A DNA stretch of 64,000 nt from Trueperaceae bacterium (GCA_034521815.1 JAXHLW010000013.1:96001-160000), one strand, 5' to 3'. Counted from the stretch's first letter, positions 1 through 9,866 are shown. Program-made: numbers and translations. The notes: generated from the sequence alone by a model not told the origin.

Positions 1-1
1 G

Positions 2-787
2 GAGGCGATCCTGGCCGCCATCGACGAGGGGCTGGCGCTCCTCTACCTCGAGACGCCCACCAACCCGACCTGCAAGATCCTCGACATCGAGAAGCTCGCC
101 GCGCGCGCCAAGGCGAAGGGCGCGACGGTGGTCGTGGACAACACCTTCGCCACGCCCATCAACCAGTCGCCGCTCGCGCTCGGCGCCGACCTGGTGGTGC
201 ACAGCGCCACGAAGTACCTCGGCGGTCACGCCGACGCGCTGGGCGGCGCCCTGTGCGGCAGCGAGGAGCTGGTGCGGCGCGTGTTCGGCTACCGCGAGAT
301 CAACGGCGCCACCCTCCATCCAGAGGCCGCCTACCTGCTGATTCGCGGCATGAAGACGCTCCAGCTGCGCATCGAGCGCCAGAACGCCAGCGCCGCGCGG
401 ATCGCCTCGTTCCTCGAGGCGCATCCGGCCGTCGAGCGGGTGTTCCACCCCTCGCTCGCCAGCCATCCGAACCACGACGTCGCGGCCCGGCAGATGCGAG
501 GCTTCGGGGGGATGCTGTCGTTCGCGCTGGTCGGCGGGTTCGACGCCGTGCGAACCTTCCTGCCCAAGCTCCGCTTCGCCCACCGCGCCGCCAACCTCGG
601 CGCCGTCGAGACGGTCGTGGCGCCGCCCCGCACCGGCAGCCACGTCGAGCTGACCGAGGCCGAGCGGGCCGCGCTGGGCATCCCCGAGGCGCTGGTGCGC
701 TACTCGACCGGGATCGAAGACGTCGGCGACCTCGAGGCCGACCTCGAGCAGGCGCTCGAGGGCGTGACTGCAGGACGCACGGAATGA
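2..787 (+). CDS. Cystathionine gamma-synthase/lyase family PLP enzyme (5'-truncated by window edge)
   Basis: Frame open from base 2. Motifs ETPTNP, VVDNTFATP, HSATKYLGGH (PLP lysine), GGMLSF and GIED of the Cys/Met metabolism PLP family. Confidence 0.9.
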   Translation, partial: EAILAAIDEGLALLYLETPTNPTCKILDIEKLAARAKAKGATVVVDNTFATPINQSPLALGADLVVHSATKYLGGHADALGGALCGSEELVRRVFGYREINGATLHPEAAYLLIRGMKTLQLRIERQNASAARIASFLEAHPAVERVFHPSLASHPNHDVAARQMRGFGGMLSFALVGGFDAVRTFLPKLRFAHRAANLGAVETVVAPPRTGSHVELTEAERAALGIPEALVRYSTGIEDVGDLEADLEQALEGVTAGRTE

Positions 788-1827
788 GCGCGCTCCGCCT
801 CGCGCTGATCGGCTTCGGGACCGTCGGCCAGGGGCTCGCGCGGATCCTGGCCGACCGCGGCGCGGACCTGCGCGAGCGCTACGGCCTGGACGTCCGCATC
901 ACCGCCGTCGCCGACCTGCGGTGCGGCAGCGTGCACGCCGCCGACGGCCTGGACCCGGCGCGGCTGCTGGCGGCCGCGGGGGCGGACGGCACGTTCGATG
1001 CGGTCGACGCCGAGGATCGCGGCTGGGACGCCCTGACCACCATCCGCGAGGCGCAGGCCGACGTGGTCGCCGAGCTGGCGTTCACCGACCTGGCCACCGG
1101 CGAGCCGGCGCTGACGCACGTCCGCACCGCGCTGGAGCACGGCCGCCACGTGATCACCACCAACAAGGGACCGGTCGCGCTGGCGTGGCCGGAGCTGGCG
1201 GCGACCGCACGCCGGCGCGGCGTGCGCCTCGAAGCCGAGGGGACCGTGATGAGCGGCACGCCCGCCCTGCACCTCGGGGCCGAGCTGCTCGCCGGCGCCG
1301 GGGTGACGCGGATCGAAGGGATCCTCAACGGCACCACCAACTACGTCCTCACCCGCATGGAGGCCGGCGCCGACTTCGGCGAGGCGCTCGCCGAGGCGCA
1401 GGCCGAGGGCTACGCCGAGGCGGACCCCAGCGGCGACGTCGAGGGGATCGACGCCGCCGGCAAGGTGGTGATCCTGGCGAACCGGGTGATGGGCGCCGAG
1501 CTGACGATGGCCGACGTCGCCCGCGAGGGCATCGCCGGTCTGACCCGCGCGGACGTCGAGGCGGCCGCCGCCGCCGGCGAGCGCTGGAAGCTGATCGGGC
1601 GCGTCGAGCGGGACGGCCAGACGGTCCGCGCCTCCGTAGCGCCGCGGCGCGTTCCGGCCACGCACCCGCTGGCTTCGGTGGGCGGCGCGACCAACGCGGT
1701 GACGTACACCACCGAGCTGCTGGGCGACGTGACCCTGATCGGTCCCGGTGCCGGCAAGCTCGCCACCGGCTACGCCCTGATCGCCGACCTGTTGGCGATC
1801 CATCGCGCCACGGGAGGTGCGGCGTGA
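784..1827 (+). CDS. hom: Homoserine dehydrogenase (short form, no C-terminal ACT domain)
   Basis: ATG 784 overlaps the upstream TGA. Motifs GFGTVG, TTNKGP, EGTVMSGTP, GILNGTTNY, GYAEADPSGDVEGIDAAGK, GPGAG. Confidence 0.92.
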   Translation: MSALRLALIGFGTVGQGLARILADRGADLRERYGLDVRITAVADLRCGSVHAADGLDPARLLAAAGADGTFDAVDAEDRGWDALTTIREAQADVVAELAFTDLATGEPALTHVRTALEHGRHVITTNKGPVALAWPELAATARRRGVRLEAEGTVMSGTPALHLGAELLAGAGVTRIEGILNGTTNYVLTRMEAGADFGEALAEAQAEGYAEADPSGDVEGIDAAGKVVILANRVMGAELTMADVAREGIAGLTRADVEAAAAAGERWKLIGRVERDGQTVRASVAPRRVPATHPLASVGGATNAVTYTTELLGDVTLIGPGAGKLATGYALIADLLAIHRATGGAA

Positions 1828-3248
1828 AGATGCTGCTCGAAGGACGCTGGGTCGATCGCGAGGCCCGCACCGAGATCCTCGACCCCGAAAGCGGCGCCAC
1901 CGTCGATACCGTGCCGCGCGCGGACGCCGCCGACGCCGAGCGTGCGCTGGCGCACGCCGAGAAGGCCGCCGAGACCGCGCGGCGCTGGCCGATCCACGAG
2001 CGCATGCGTGTGCTGAGCGGCGCCGCACGGCTGCTGGACGAGCGCCGCGAGACGTTCGCCGAACGGATCGCCCGCGAAGGCATCAAGACCATCCGCGAGG
2101 CGAGACGCGAGGCGGCCCGCTGCGCCGACACGCTCCGGCTGGGCGCCGAGGAGGCGCGCCGGCTGCACGGCGAGACGGTGCCGTTCGACCAGGCGCCCGG
2201 CTCGGAGCGGCGGGTCGGCGCCTGGCGACCCGAGCCGGTCGGCATCGTGGTGGCGATCACGCCGTACAACGACCCGCTGAACCTGGTGGCGCACAAGCTC
2301 GCCCCGGCGCTCGCCGCCGGCAACGCGGTGATCCTCAAGCCGGACAGCCGCACCCCCCTGTCCGCCCTGGCGCTGGTGGAGGCGCTGCTCGAGGCGGGAC
2401 TCCCGGAGGAGATCGTGCAGGTGCTGACCGGACCCGGCAGCGAGGTCGGCGCCGCGCTGGTCCGCGACCCGCGTCCGCGGACGGTGTCGTTCACCGGCGG
2501 CAAGGTCACCGGCGAGCGGATCGCCCGCGAGGCCGGCCTCAAGAAGCTGTCGATGGAGCTCGGCTCGAACGCCCCCGCCATCGTGCTGCCCGACGCCGAC
2601 CTGGACGCCGCCGTCGCGGCCTGCGTCGCCGGCGCCTACGCCGCGGCGGGGCAGAACTGTCTGCACGTGCAGCGCCTGCTGCTGCACCGCGACATCGCCG
2701 ACGCCTTCACCGAGGCGTTCGTGGCCGGTGCCCGCGGCGTCTCCACCGGCCCCAAGCTCGACGAGGCGACGGACATGGGACCGATGATCGACGAGCAAGC
2801 CGCGCTGCGGGTGGAATCGATGGTCCAGGACGCCCAGGCCGCGGGGGCGACGGTGCTGACCGGCGGGGGGCGCAGCGGTACCGTTCTGGCGCCGACGGTG
2901 GTCGCCGGCGTGCCGCTTGGTCACCCGCTGGACGTGGACGAGGTCTACGGACCTGTTACGGTCGTACGAACGTTCGAGGATTCGTCGGAAGCGGTCGCAC
3001 GCGCGAACGCGGTCGACTTCGGTCTTCAGGCGGGTCTGTTCACCCGCGACCTCGACGCGGCCTTCCACATCGCGGACGGCTTGCGCTACGGCGGGGTCGT
3101 GGTCAACGATAGCAGCGACTATCGGATCGACGCGATGCCGTTCGGCGGCGTGAAGGGCTCCGGCCTGGGACGTGAAGGCGTCCGCTACGCCATGGAGGCG
3201 ATGACCGAGCCCAAGCTCGTCTGTTTCGCGTTGTCGTCACGCAGCTAG
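1824..3248 (+). CDS. NAD(P)-dependent aldehyde dehydrogenase (positionally DoeC-like)
   Basis: GTGA overlap with the hom stop. ALDH motifs [24 protein letters not shown] (catalytic Cys), [20 protein letters not shown]. Confidence 0.9.
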   Translation: MKMLLEGRWVDREARTEILDPESGATVDTVPRADAADAERALAHAEKAAETARRWPIHERMRVLSGAARLLDERRETFAERIAREGIKTIREARREAARCADTLRLGAEEARRLHGETVPFDQAPGSERRVGAWRPEPVGIVVAITPYNDPLNLVAHKLAPALAAGNAVILKPDSRTPLSALALVEALLEAGLPEEIVQVLTGPGSEVGAALVRDPRPRTVSFTGGKVTGERIAREAGLKKLSMELGSNAPAIVLPDADLDAAVAACVAGAYAAAGQNCLHVQRLLLHRDIADAFTEAFVAGARGVSTGPKLDEATDMGPMIDEQAALRVESMVQDAQAAGATVLTGGGRSGTVLAPTVVAGVPLGHPLDVDEVYGPVTVVRTFEDSSEAVARANAVDFGLQAGLFTRDLDAAFHIADGLRYGGVVVNDSSDYRIDAMPFGGVKGSGLGREGVRYAMEAMTEPKLVCFALSSRS

Positions 3249-3318
3249 CACCCCGTCAAGGCCTGCCTACGCGGCCGTCCGCGGCCGACGTGGCGCGCGG
3301 CAGGAAACGAGGAGGAAC

Positions 3319-4143
3319 GTGACCCAACCGACCGTGGAACCCGAAGGAGGCGCGTCGCCCGCCGACGCCTCGTCCCCTCCGATGATCCGCTTCGAGAAGG
3401 TCCGCAAGGCCTTCGGCGATCTCGTCGTGCTGGACGACCTCGACTTCGAGGCCGCCGAGAACGAGAAGGTCGCCATCATCGGTCCGAGCGGGTCGGGCAA
3501 GACCACCATCCTCCGCGTGCTGATGACGTTGGTCAAGCCGGACGGCGGCAAGGTCTTCGTCGACGACCGCCCGCTGTGGCACCAGGAAGTGAACGGCCGC
3601 GTCGTGCCGGCCGGCGAGAAGCACCTGCACGAGGTGCGCGGCGACATCGGGATGGTGTTCCAGCACTTCAACCTGTTCCCGAACATGAGCGTGCTGCGCA
3701 ACGTCACCGAGGCGCCCATCCACGTGCGTGGCATCGCGCGCCAGGAGGCCGAGGAGCGCGGCATGGAGCTGCTCGACATGGTCGGCCTGTCCGACAAGGC
3801 CAAGGCCTTCCCGGTCCAGCTTTCCGGCGGTCAGAAGCAGCGCGTCGCCATCGCCCGCGCCCTTGCGATGGAGCCGAAGGTGATGCTGTTCGACGAGGTC
3901 ACCAGCGCGCTGGACCCCGAGCTCGTCGGCGAGGTGCTGGCGATCCTGCGCAAGCTCGCCGAAGAGACGCAGATGACGATGTTGATCGTCACGCACGAGA
4001 TGGGCTTCGCCCGAGACGTCGCCGACCGGGTGATCTTCTTCGACGCCGGCCAGGTCGCCGAAGAGGGACCGCCCGAGAGGATCTTCAGCAAGCCGGAGAA
4101 CCCGCGGACCCAGGAGTTCCTGAGCGCCGTGCTGACGCACTGA
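3319..4143 (+). CDS. ehuA: Ectoine/hydroxyectoine ABC transporter ATP-binding subunit
   Basis: GAGGAG RBS. Walker [36 protein letters not shown]. Polar-amino-acid ABC type, in an ehu/eut context. Confidence 0.85.
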   Translation: MTQPTVEPEGGASPADASSPPMIRFEKVRKAFGDLVVLDDLDFEAAENEKVAIIGPSGSGKTTILRVLMTLVKPDGGKVFVDDRPLWHQEVNGRVVPAGEKHLHEVRGDIGMVFQHFNLFPNMSVLRNVTEAPIHVRGIARQEAEERGMELLDMVGLSDKAKAFPVQLSGGQKQRVAIARALAMEPKVMLFDEVTSALDPELVGEVLAILRKLAEETQMTMLIVTHEMGFARDVADRVIFFDAGQVAEEGPPERIFSKPENPRTQEFLSAVLTH

Positions 4144-4233
4144 CGACGAACCACGCACCGACGCACCACGCACCGACGAATCACGAACCGACGGACCACG
4201 CAGCGAAGACGTATCGAAGACGTTCCGAAGACG
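4144..4233. repeat. Four imperfect 15-bp tandem units followed by three 11-bp-spaced CGAAGACG direct repeats
   Basis: cgacgaaccacgcac-like units at 4144/4159/4174/4189; CGAAGACG at 4204, 4215 and 4226. Confidence 0.8.
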
Positions 4234-4246
4234 GAAGGAGGCGTCG

Positions 4247-4372
4247 ATGAACCCGTACCGAGATCGGCCCGACCGGCCTACTCCCGTGCACGGGACCGGC
4301 TTGGCCCCACCGACGGGGTCGCCGGTCGAACATGGCGCCGCGGCATTCGGCCGCGCTGCGCAACACCGATAG
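4247..4372 (+). CDS. Putative small protein / leader peptide (41 aa, MNPYRDRPDRPTPVHGTGLAPPTGSPVEHGAAAFGRAAQHR)
   Basis: Perfect AAGGAGG SD 5 nt before ATG 4247; TAG at 4370-4372 lies just before the ehuB RBS. No recognisable homology. Confidence 0.35.
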   Translation: MNPYRDRPDRPTPVHGTGLAPPTGSPVEHGAAAFGRAAQHR

Positions 4373-4391
4373 ACCTTTGGAGGTAACGAAC

Positions 4392-5252
4392 GTGATGAAG
4401 AGACTTTCGACCCTATTGATCGCCGCCCTGACCCTCGGCCTGGTGACCGGCTTCGGACTCGCCCAGCGCTCCTGGAGCGATATCCAGGAGAGCGGCACGG
4501 TCCGCGTCGTGACCGCGAACGAGATCCCGTACGGCTGGATCGACGACGAGGGCGTCGCCCACGGCATCGCTCCCGAGGTCGCCATCGCCGTCCTCGAGTC
4601 GATGGGCATCACCGACATCGAGTGGACCGTGACCGAGTTCGGTCAGCTGATCCCGAGCCTGATCGCGGGCCGCGCCGACATGACCGCCGCCAGCATGGCG
4701 ATCCTTCCCGACCGCTGCCAGCAGGTCGACTACGCCCGCCCGAACTCCTCGTACGGCGAGGGCTTCCTGGTCGCCGCGGGCAACCCGCAGGACATCCACA
4801 GCTACCAGGACTTCGTGGACAACCCCGACCTGACCATGGGCATCGTCTCCGGCGCCGACCAGATCGATTTCGCGCAGGCGATGGGCATTCCGCAGAACCA
4901 GATCTCGTTCATCAACGCGAACGCGGACGCTCCCTCGGCCGTCTCTTCGGGCCGCATCGACGCCTACGCCGGGACCGGTCTGACCGTCGCGAACCTCGCC
5001 GACTCCTCCGACCGCGTCGAGATCGCCGATCCGTTCGAGGATCCCGTCGTCGACGGTGAGCCGGTCCGCAGCTGGGGCAGCTTCAACTTCCACGCCGACG
5101 CCGACGACTTCAGCGAAGCGTTCGACGCCGCGCTCGGCGAGTTCCAGCAGACCGACGAGTACCGCGACATCCTTCTCAGCCACGGCCTGAGCGACGGCGA
5201 CATCGACGCCGCCCTCGCCGCCAGCACCGAGGACCTCTGCAGCGCAGAGTGA
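4392..5252 (+). CDS. ehuB: Ectoine/hydroxyectoine ABC transporter substrate-binding protein
   Basis: GGAGG then GTG 4392/ATG 4395. Signal peptide, then family-3 SBP motifs NEIPYG, APEVA, EFGQLIPSL, MAILPDRC. Confidence 0.85.
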   Translation: MMKRLSTLLIAALTLGLVTGFGLAQRSWSDIQESGTVRVVTANEIPYGWIDDEGVAHGIAPEVAIAVLESMGITDIEWTVTEFGQLIPSLIAGRADMTAASMAILPDRCQQVDYARPNSSYGEGFLVAAGNPQDIHSYQDFVDNPDLTMGIVSGADQIDFAQAMGIPQNQISFINANADAPSAVSSGRIDAYAGTGLTVANLADSSDRVEIADPFEDPVVDGEPVRSWGSFNFHADADDFSEAFDAALGEFQQTDEYRDILLSHGLSDGDIDAALAASTEDLCSAE

Positions 5253-5261
5253 CCTGGTGAC

Positions 5262-5300
5262 GGCAGGCCCGCTTCGGCGGGCCTGCCCTTCCTCTCTTTT
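5262..5300 (+). terminator. Intra-operon GC hairpin with UUCG loop and pyrimidine tail after ehuB
   Basis: ggcaggcccgc-ttcg-gcgggcctgcc followed by cttcctctctttt. Confidence 0.75.
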
Positions 5301-5354
5301 CCACGCTTTCTTGCACGTTCCGCACCGTATTTCGCTTCACCACCGGGAGGATCG

Positions 5355-6026
5355 ATGGAAGACCTACGGCAACTCCTCGTCCCGCTGCTGAAGGGCACCA
5401 CCGTCACCCTGCAGCTGGCGCTGGCGTCGACGTTGTTCGGCGGCATCCTGTCGTTCGCCGCCGGGATCGGCAAGCTGTCGGGCAATCCGCTGGTGCGCTG
5501 GCTCTCCGTCGGCTACATCGAGATCTTCCGCGGCACCTCGCTCCTGGTGCAGATGTTCTGGCTCTACTTCGCGCTTCCGCTGATCGGGATCCGGCTCCCC
5601 CCCGTCACCGCCGGCATCCTCGCACTGTCGCTCAACATCGGCGCCTACGGCGCCGAGGTCGTGCGCGGCGCGATCCAGGCCGTGCCGAGGGAGCAGTACG
5701 AGGCCGCCATCGCGGTGAACTTCACCCGCCGCTTCACGCTCTGGCGGGTCGTGCTGCCGCAGGCGCTGGTCGAGATGATGCCGCCGTTCGGGAACCTGGT
5801 GGTCCAGAACCTGAAGGACACCGCCCTGGTCTCGCTCATCTCGCTCAGCGACCTCACCTTTAGGGCGCAGAACTATCGGAACCTCACGTACGAGACCGTC
5901 CCCGTCTTCACCGCCACGTTGTTCATCTACTTCTTCCTGGCGCTGGCGTTCATGGCGGTCATGCGTCTGCTGGAGCGCTGGATCGCGGTCCGCGTCGGCG
6001 TCGCGCAGGGGAGGGCGAGGGCCTGA
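5355..6026 (+). CDS. ehuC: Ectoine/hydroxyectoine ABC transporter permease
   Basis: GGAGG RBS. YIEIFRGTSLLVQMFWLYF, YGAEVVRGAIQAV...EAA loop. Confidence 0.85.
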   Translation: MEDLRQLLVPLLKGTTVTLQLALASTLFGGILSFAAGIGKLSGNPLVRWLSVGYIEIFRGTSLLVQMFWLYFALPLIGIRLPPVTAGILALSLNIGAYGAEVVRGAIQAVPREQYEAAIAVNFTRRFTLWRVVLPQALVEMMPPFGNLVVQNLKDTALVSLISLSDLTFRAQNYRNLTYETVPVFTATLFIYFFLALAFMAVMRLLERWIAVRVGVAQGRARA

Positions 6027-6718
6027 TGCTGTTCGGCGTCGAATGGGACACCAGTAGCAACCTCGCCTTCGCGGTGTCGATCTTCCCGATCCTCCTCCGG
6101 GGCCTGTGGGTCACGGTGCAGGCCACCGTGCTCGGAATGGCGATCGCCCTGGTGCTGGGCCTGATCCTGGCGCTGCTCAGGATGGTGCCCCTGAAGATCG
6201 TGTCGTGGCCGACCGCCTTCTTCCTCGAGTTCGTGCGGGACACGCCGCTGCTGGTACAGCTCTACTTCCTGTTCTTCGTGCTGCCCGACTTCGGGATCAT
6301 CCTCCCGGCGTTCCTCACCGGCGCCATCGCGCTCGGGATCCAGTACAGCGGCTACACCGCCGAGGTGTACCGCGCCGGGATCGAGGCGGTGCCGCGAGGC
6401 CAGTGGGAGGCCGCCACGGCGCTGAACATGCCGGCCACCCTCACCTACCGGCACGTCATCGTCCCGCAGGCGATCCCGCGGATCGTGCCCGCGCTGGGCA
6501 ACTACCTGGTGTCGATGCTCAAGGACACCGCGATCCTCTCCGCCGTCACGGTCCTGGAGATGCTGAACGTGGCGATGCTGCTCGGGGACCGGACCTTCAA
6601 GTACTTCGTCCCCCTGACCATGGTCGGCGGCCTGTTCCTGGTGGTCACGCTGGCGGCGTCGTCGCTGGTTCGCTTCTTGGACAACCGCCTTCCGAAGTCG
6701 GGGATCCCGCTCCGGTGA
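6026..6718 (+). CDS. ehuD: Ectoine/hydroxyectoine ABC transporter permease
   Basis: TGATG coupling. EFVRDTPLLVQL, YTAEVYRAGIEAVPRGQWEAA. Confidence 0.85.
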   Translation: MLFGVEWDTSSNLAFAVSIFPILLRGLWVTVQATVLGMAIALVLGLILALLRMVPLKIVSWPTAFFLEFVRDTPLLVQLYFLFFVLPDFGIILPAFLTGAIALGIQYSGYTAEVYRAGIEAVPRGQWEAATALNMPATLTYRHVIVPQAIPRIVPALGNYLVSMLKDTAILSAVTVLEMLNVAMLLGDRTFKYFVPLTMVGGLFLVVTLAASSLVRFLDNRLPKSGIPLR

Positions 6719-7774
6719 CGCCGTCGCGACCCGACCGGGTCGCGGTGACGGTGCGGGAGGTGTGGCGCGCCCGCGCCCGCATCCACGGGCTGGTGCGCCG
6801 CACGCCGTTGCTGAGCGATCCGGTGCTGGGTCCGGACATGGGGTCCGGACATGGATCCGGACGTGGGGCCGGGCGGCCCGGGCGCGTCCCACGGCGTGTG
6901 GATCAAGGACGAGACGGCGCAGCCGACCGGCTCGTTCAAGGTGCGTGGCGCCGCCAACGCCCTGCTGTCGCTCGATCCGGAGCGGCGCGCGGCCGGCGTC
7001 GTGGCCGTCTCGACGGGCAACCACGGGCGGGCCGTGGCGTACGTCGCACGCCGGCTGGGAGCGCGCGCCGACGTGTTCGTCTCGGAGCGGGTGCCGCCAG
7101 GCAAGCTGGACGCGCTGCGGGCCGAAGGCGCCACCGTCCACGTCGGTGGCGACTCGCAGGACGCGGCCGAGGAGCACGCTCGCGCCTTCGCCCGCGAGCG
7201 CGGCGCGACGCTGATCCCGCCGTTCGACCACCCAGGCGTGATCGCCGGGCAGGGCACCCTGGGCCTGGAGCTGCTCGACGAGCTTCCGGAGCTGGCCACC
7301 CTGATCGTGCCGGTCTCCGGCGGCGGGCTGATCGCCGGGACGGCGCTGGCCGTCCGTTCCGCCGCGCCGGACGTGCGAATCGTGGGCGTGTCGATGGAGG
7401 AGGGCGCGATCATGCACGCCAGCCTGCAGGCCGGGCGGCCGATGACCATGCCCGAGGCGGACACCCTGGCGGACAGTCTTCAGGGAGGCCTGGGCGCCGA
7501 CAACGCCTACACCTTCACGATGGTGCGCGAGCTGGTCGACGAGATCGTCCTGGTGCCCGAAACGGCGCTGGCCGCCGCGATGCGCCACGGCTTCCGGGTG
7601 CACCGCCGCGTGTTGGAGGGCGGCGGCGCGGCCGCCATCGCCGCGCTGGCGAGCGGCGCGGTAGGGGTGCGCGGCCCGACGGTGGCCGTGGCCTCCGGCG
7701 GCAACGTGGACGAAGCGACGTTCGCGCGCGTGCTAGCGGAAGGAGGCGACGATGAGCCCCACCGACAGACGTGA
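6715..7774 (+). CDS. eutB: Hydroxyectoine utilisation dehydratase (threonine dehydratase family); apparent +1 frameshift at ~6840
   Basis: GTG 6715 overlaps the ehuD stop and reads ...RARIHGLVRRTPL. The body (frame of 6851) has KDETAQPTGSFKVRGA, STGNHG, PVSGGGLIAG, SGGN. An extra G sits in GGGG at 6840-6843. Confidence 0.8.
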
Positions 7775-8735
7775 CCTGGACGGCGCGCCCCGCGTGGTGA
7801 GCGAGACCGAGATCCGGCGTCACGCCGTGCTCGGCGAGGACGCGCTCGCCGCCGTCGCGGACGGCTTCGTGCGGCTCGCCCGTGGCGAGGTGCGGCAGCC
7901 GCCCGTCCTGTCGCTGGACCTGCCCGAGGTGCACGGCGAGATCGACGTCAAGACCGCCTGGGTGCGCGGCTGGGACGGATTCTGCGTCAAGCTCTCGACC
8001 GGCTTCTTCGACAACCCCGCCCGCGGCCTGCCCTCGGCGTCGGGGATGATGATCGTCTTGGACGGGGCCACCGGGCGGCCCCGGGCGGTGCTGCTGGACG
8101 GAGGCGTTCTCACCGAGCTGCGGACCGCGGCGGCGGGCGCGCTGGCGGCACGGACCCTGGCCCGGCCGGATGCGTCGCGTGCCGCGATCCTCGGCGCCGG
8201 CTCGCAGGCGCGCTGGCAGCTGCGCGCCCTCGCGACGGTCCGCGAGCTGCAGGCGGTGCGGGTCTGGGCCCGCCGGCCCGAGGCGGCGGACGCCTACGCG
8301 CGCGAGATGGCGGACGCGTGCGGCGTCGAGGTGCGCGTCGCGGCGACGCCCGCCGCCGCCGTCGCCGACGCCGACGTGGTGGTCACCACCACGCCCGCCC
8401 GCGAGCCGCTGCTCGAGGACGGCGACCTTCCGGCCGGCGTGCACGTCACCGCCATGGGCGCAGACGGCGCCGGCAAGCGCGAGCTGGCGCCCGAGACGCT
8501 GGAGCGCGCCGACGTGCTGGTCGTCGACGACCTGGCGCAGAGCCGACGCATCGGCGAGCTCCAGGGCGTCCGGCAGGACCGCGCCTCCGGCGCCGTCGAG
8601 CTGGGTGCGGTGCTCGCCGGTGACGCGCCGGGACGCCGTGACGCGGCGCAGCGCACCGTCTGCGACCTCACCGGGACCGGCGTGCAGGACACGGCGATCG
8701 CGCGCTGGCTGCTGCGGCGTCTCGAGGCCGGTTGA
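7752..8735 (+). CDS. eutC: Ornithine cyclodeaminase/mu-crystallin family protein (ectoine utilisation)
   Basis: GEIDVKTAW, STGFFDNP..GLPS, LTELRTAAAGA, GAGSQA, DLTGTGVQDTAIA; directly follows eutB. Confidence 0.85.
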   Translation: MSPTDRRDLDGAPRVVSETEIRRHAVLGEDALAAVADGFVRLARGEVRQPPVLSLDLPEVHGEIDVKTAWVRGWDGFCVKLSTGFFDNPARGLPSASGMMIVLDGATGRPRAVLLDGGVLTELRTAAAGALAARTLARPDASRAAILGAGSQARWQLRALATVRELQAVRVWARRPEAADAYAREMADACGVEVRVAATPAAAVADADVVVTTTPAREPLLEDGDLPAGVHVTAMGADGAGKRELAPETLERADVLVVDDLAQSRRIGELQGVRQDRASGAVELGAVLAGDAPGRRDAAQRTVCDLTGTGVQDTAIARWLLRRLEAG

Positions 8736-8807
8736 CGGCCGCGGTATCGTGCGACCCGCAGCCGGCGTAAGAAGGTACGTCGGTGACACCTCGGACGGAG
8801 CTCATCG

Positions 8808-9752
8808 TTGTTGGACGTCGCCGCCATCGCCATCGGAATCGCCCTGCTGTTCAGCGGCGGCGAGCTCCTCGTCCGCAACGCCAGCGCGCTGGCGCGCGTC
8901 TGGGGGCTCAGCCCCATGGTCGTCGGCCTGACCATCGTCGCGTTCGGCACCTCGTCGCCCGAGCTGGCCGCGAGCCTCACGGCCACGCTGCAAGGATCGC
9001 CTCAGATCGCGCTCGGCAACGTCGTCGGCTCGAACATCGCCAACATCGCGCTGGTCCTCGCGCTGGTCGCTCTGGTGCAGCCGCCGAGGGCTACGGCGAG
9101 CTTCCTGCGGCGCGAGGTCCCGATCATGGTGGGCGCGTCGGCGCTGCTCGTCGTTGTGCTCGTGGGCGGCGTCGTGGGGAGGGCCGAGGGAGCGCTGCTG
9201 CTCCTCTTGCTTGTGGCCTACTTGCTGTTGCTTCTTCGTCGGGGCGAGGAGACGAGCGCGGTCCGCGAGGAGTTCGCGCAGGCGTACGGCGGACCCGCGC
9301 GACGCTCGACCTGGATGGCCGTGCTGCTGGTCGTCGTAGGTCTGGCGCTGCTGGTGGGTGGAGCGAACGTCCTGGTCGTGGGCGCGACCTCGCTGGCTCG
9401 CGGGTTCGGCCTGCCCGAGATGGTGATCGGCTTGACGCTCGTGGCGGTCGGGACCAGCCTTCCGGAGCTCGCGACGTCGCTGGTCGCAGCCGCCAAGCGT
9501 CAGCCCGACATCGCCCTGGGCAACATCGTCGGCTCGAACATCTTCAACGTCCTGGGCATCGTCGGCGCGACGGCCGTGACGCGGCCCCTGAGGGTTCCGT
9601 TCGAGGTGGTCGCGATCGATCTGTGGGTGATGCTGGGTCTCAGCGTTCTGCTGGTTCCGTTCCTGGTGTCCGGGCTGCGGCTCGGTCGGCGCGAAGGTGC
9701 CGTCCTCGTGGCGCTCTACGTCGGCTACGTGGCGTACCTGTACCTGGCGTGA
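8808..9752 (+). CDS. Calcium/sodium (CaCA) antiporter
   Basis: Two alpha-repeats, AFGTSSPEL...GNVVGSNIAN and AVGTSLPEL...GNIVGSNIFN; about 10 TM segments. Confidence 0.92.
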   Translation: MLDVAAIAIGIALLFSGGELLVRNASALARVWGLSPMVVGLTIVAFGTSSPELAASLTATLQGSPQIALGNVVGSNIANIALVLALVALVQPPRATASFLRREVPIMVGASALLVVVLVGGVVGRAEGALLLLLLVAYLLLLLRRGEETSAVREEFAQAYGGPARRSTWMAVLLVVVGLALLVGGANVLVVGATSLARGFGLPEMVIGLTLVAVGTSLPELATSLVAAAKRQPDIALGNIVGSNIFNVLGIVGATAVTRPLRVPFEVVAIDLWVMLGLSVLLVPFLVSGLRLGRREGAVLVALYVGYVAYLYLA

Positions 9753-9866
9753 TCGGGTTGCCGAGGGACGCGTGGGACGTCGCCTGACTCGGAGGACGCG
9801 CAGCCGCTGCGTCTTGGACCGGGCCCTGCGGGCCGGGCCGGATGCAGGTGGCCGCTATGCTTGGGC

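Noticed and set aside
2880..3130. Locally more A/T-ending codons inside the aldehyde dehydrogenase, suggesting a recombined patch or internal promoter
   Set aside because: Impression by eye only. The protein remains a normal ALDH and no clear promoter motif was found.
4144..4233. CRISPR-like array
   Set aside because: Units are 11-15 bp, contiguous and without unique spacers; no cas genes. The same applies to the repeats at 22460, 45716 and 52193.
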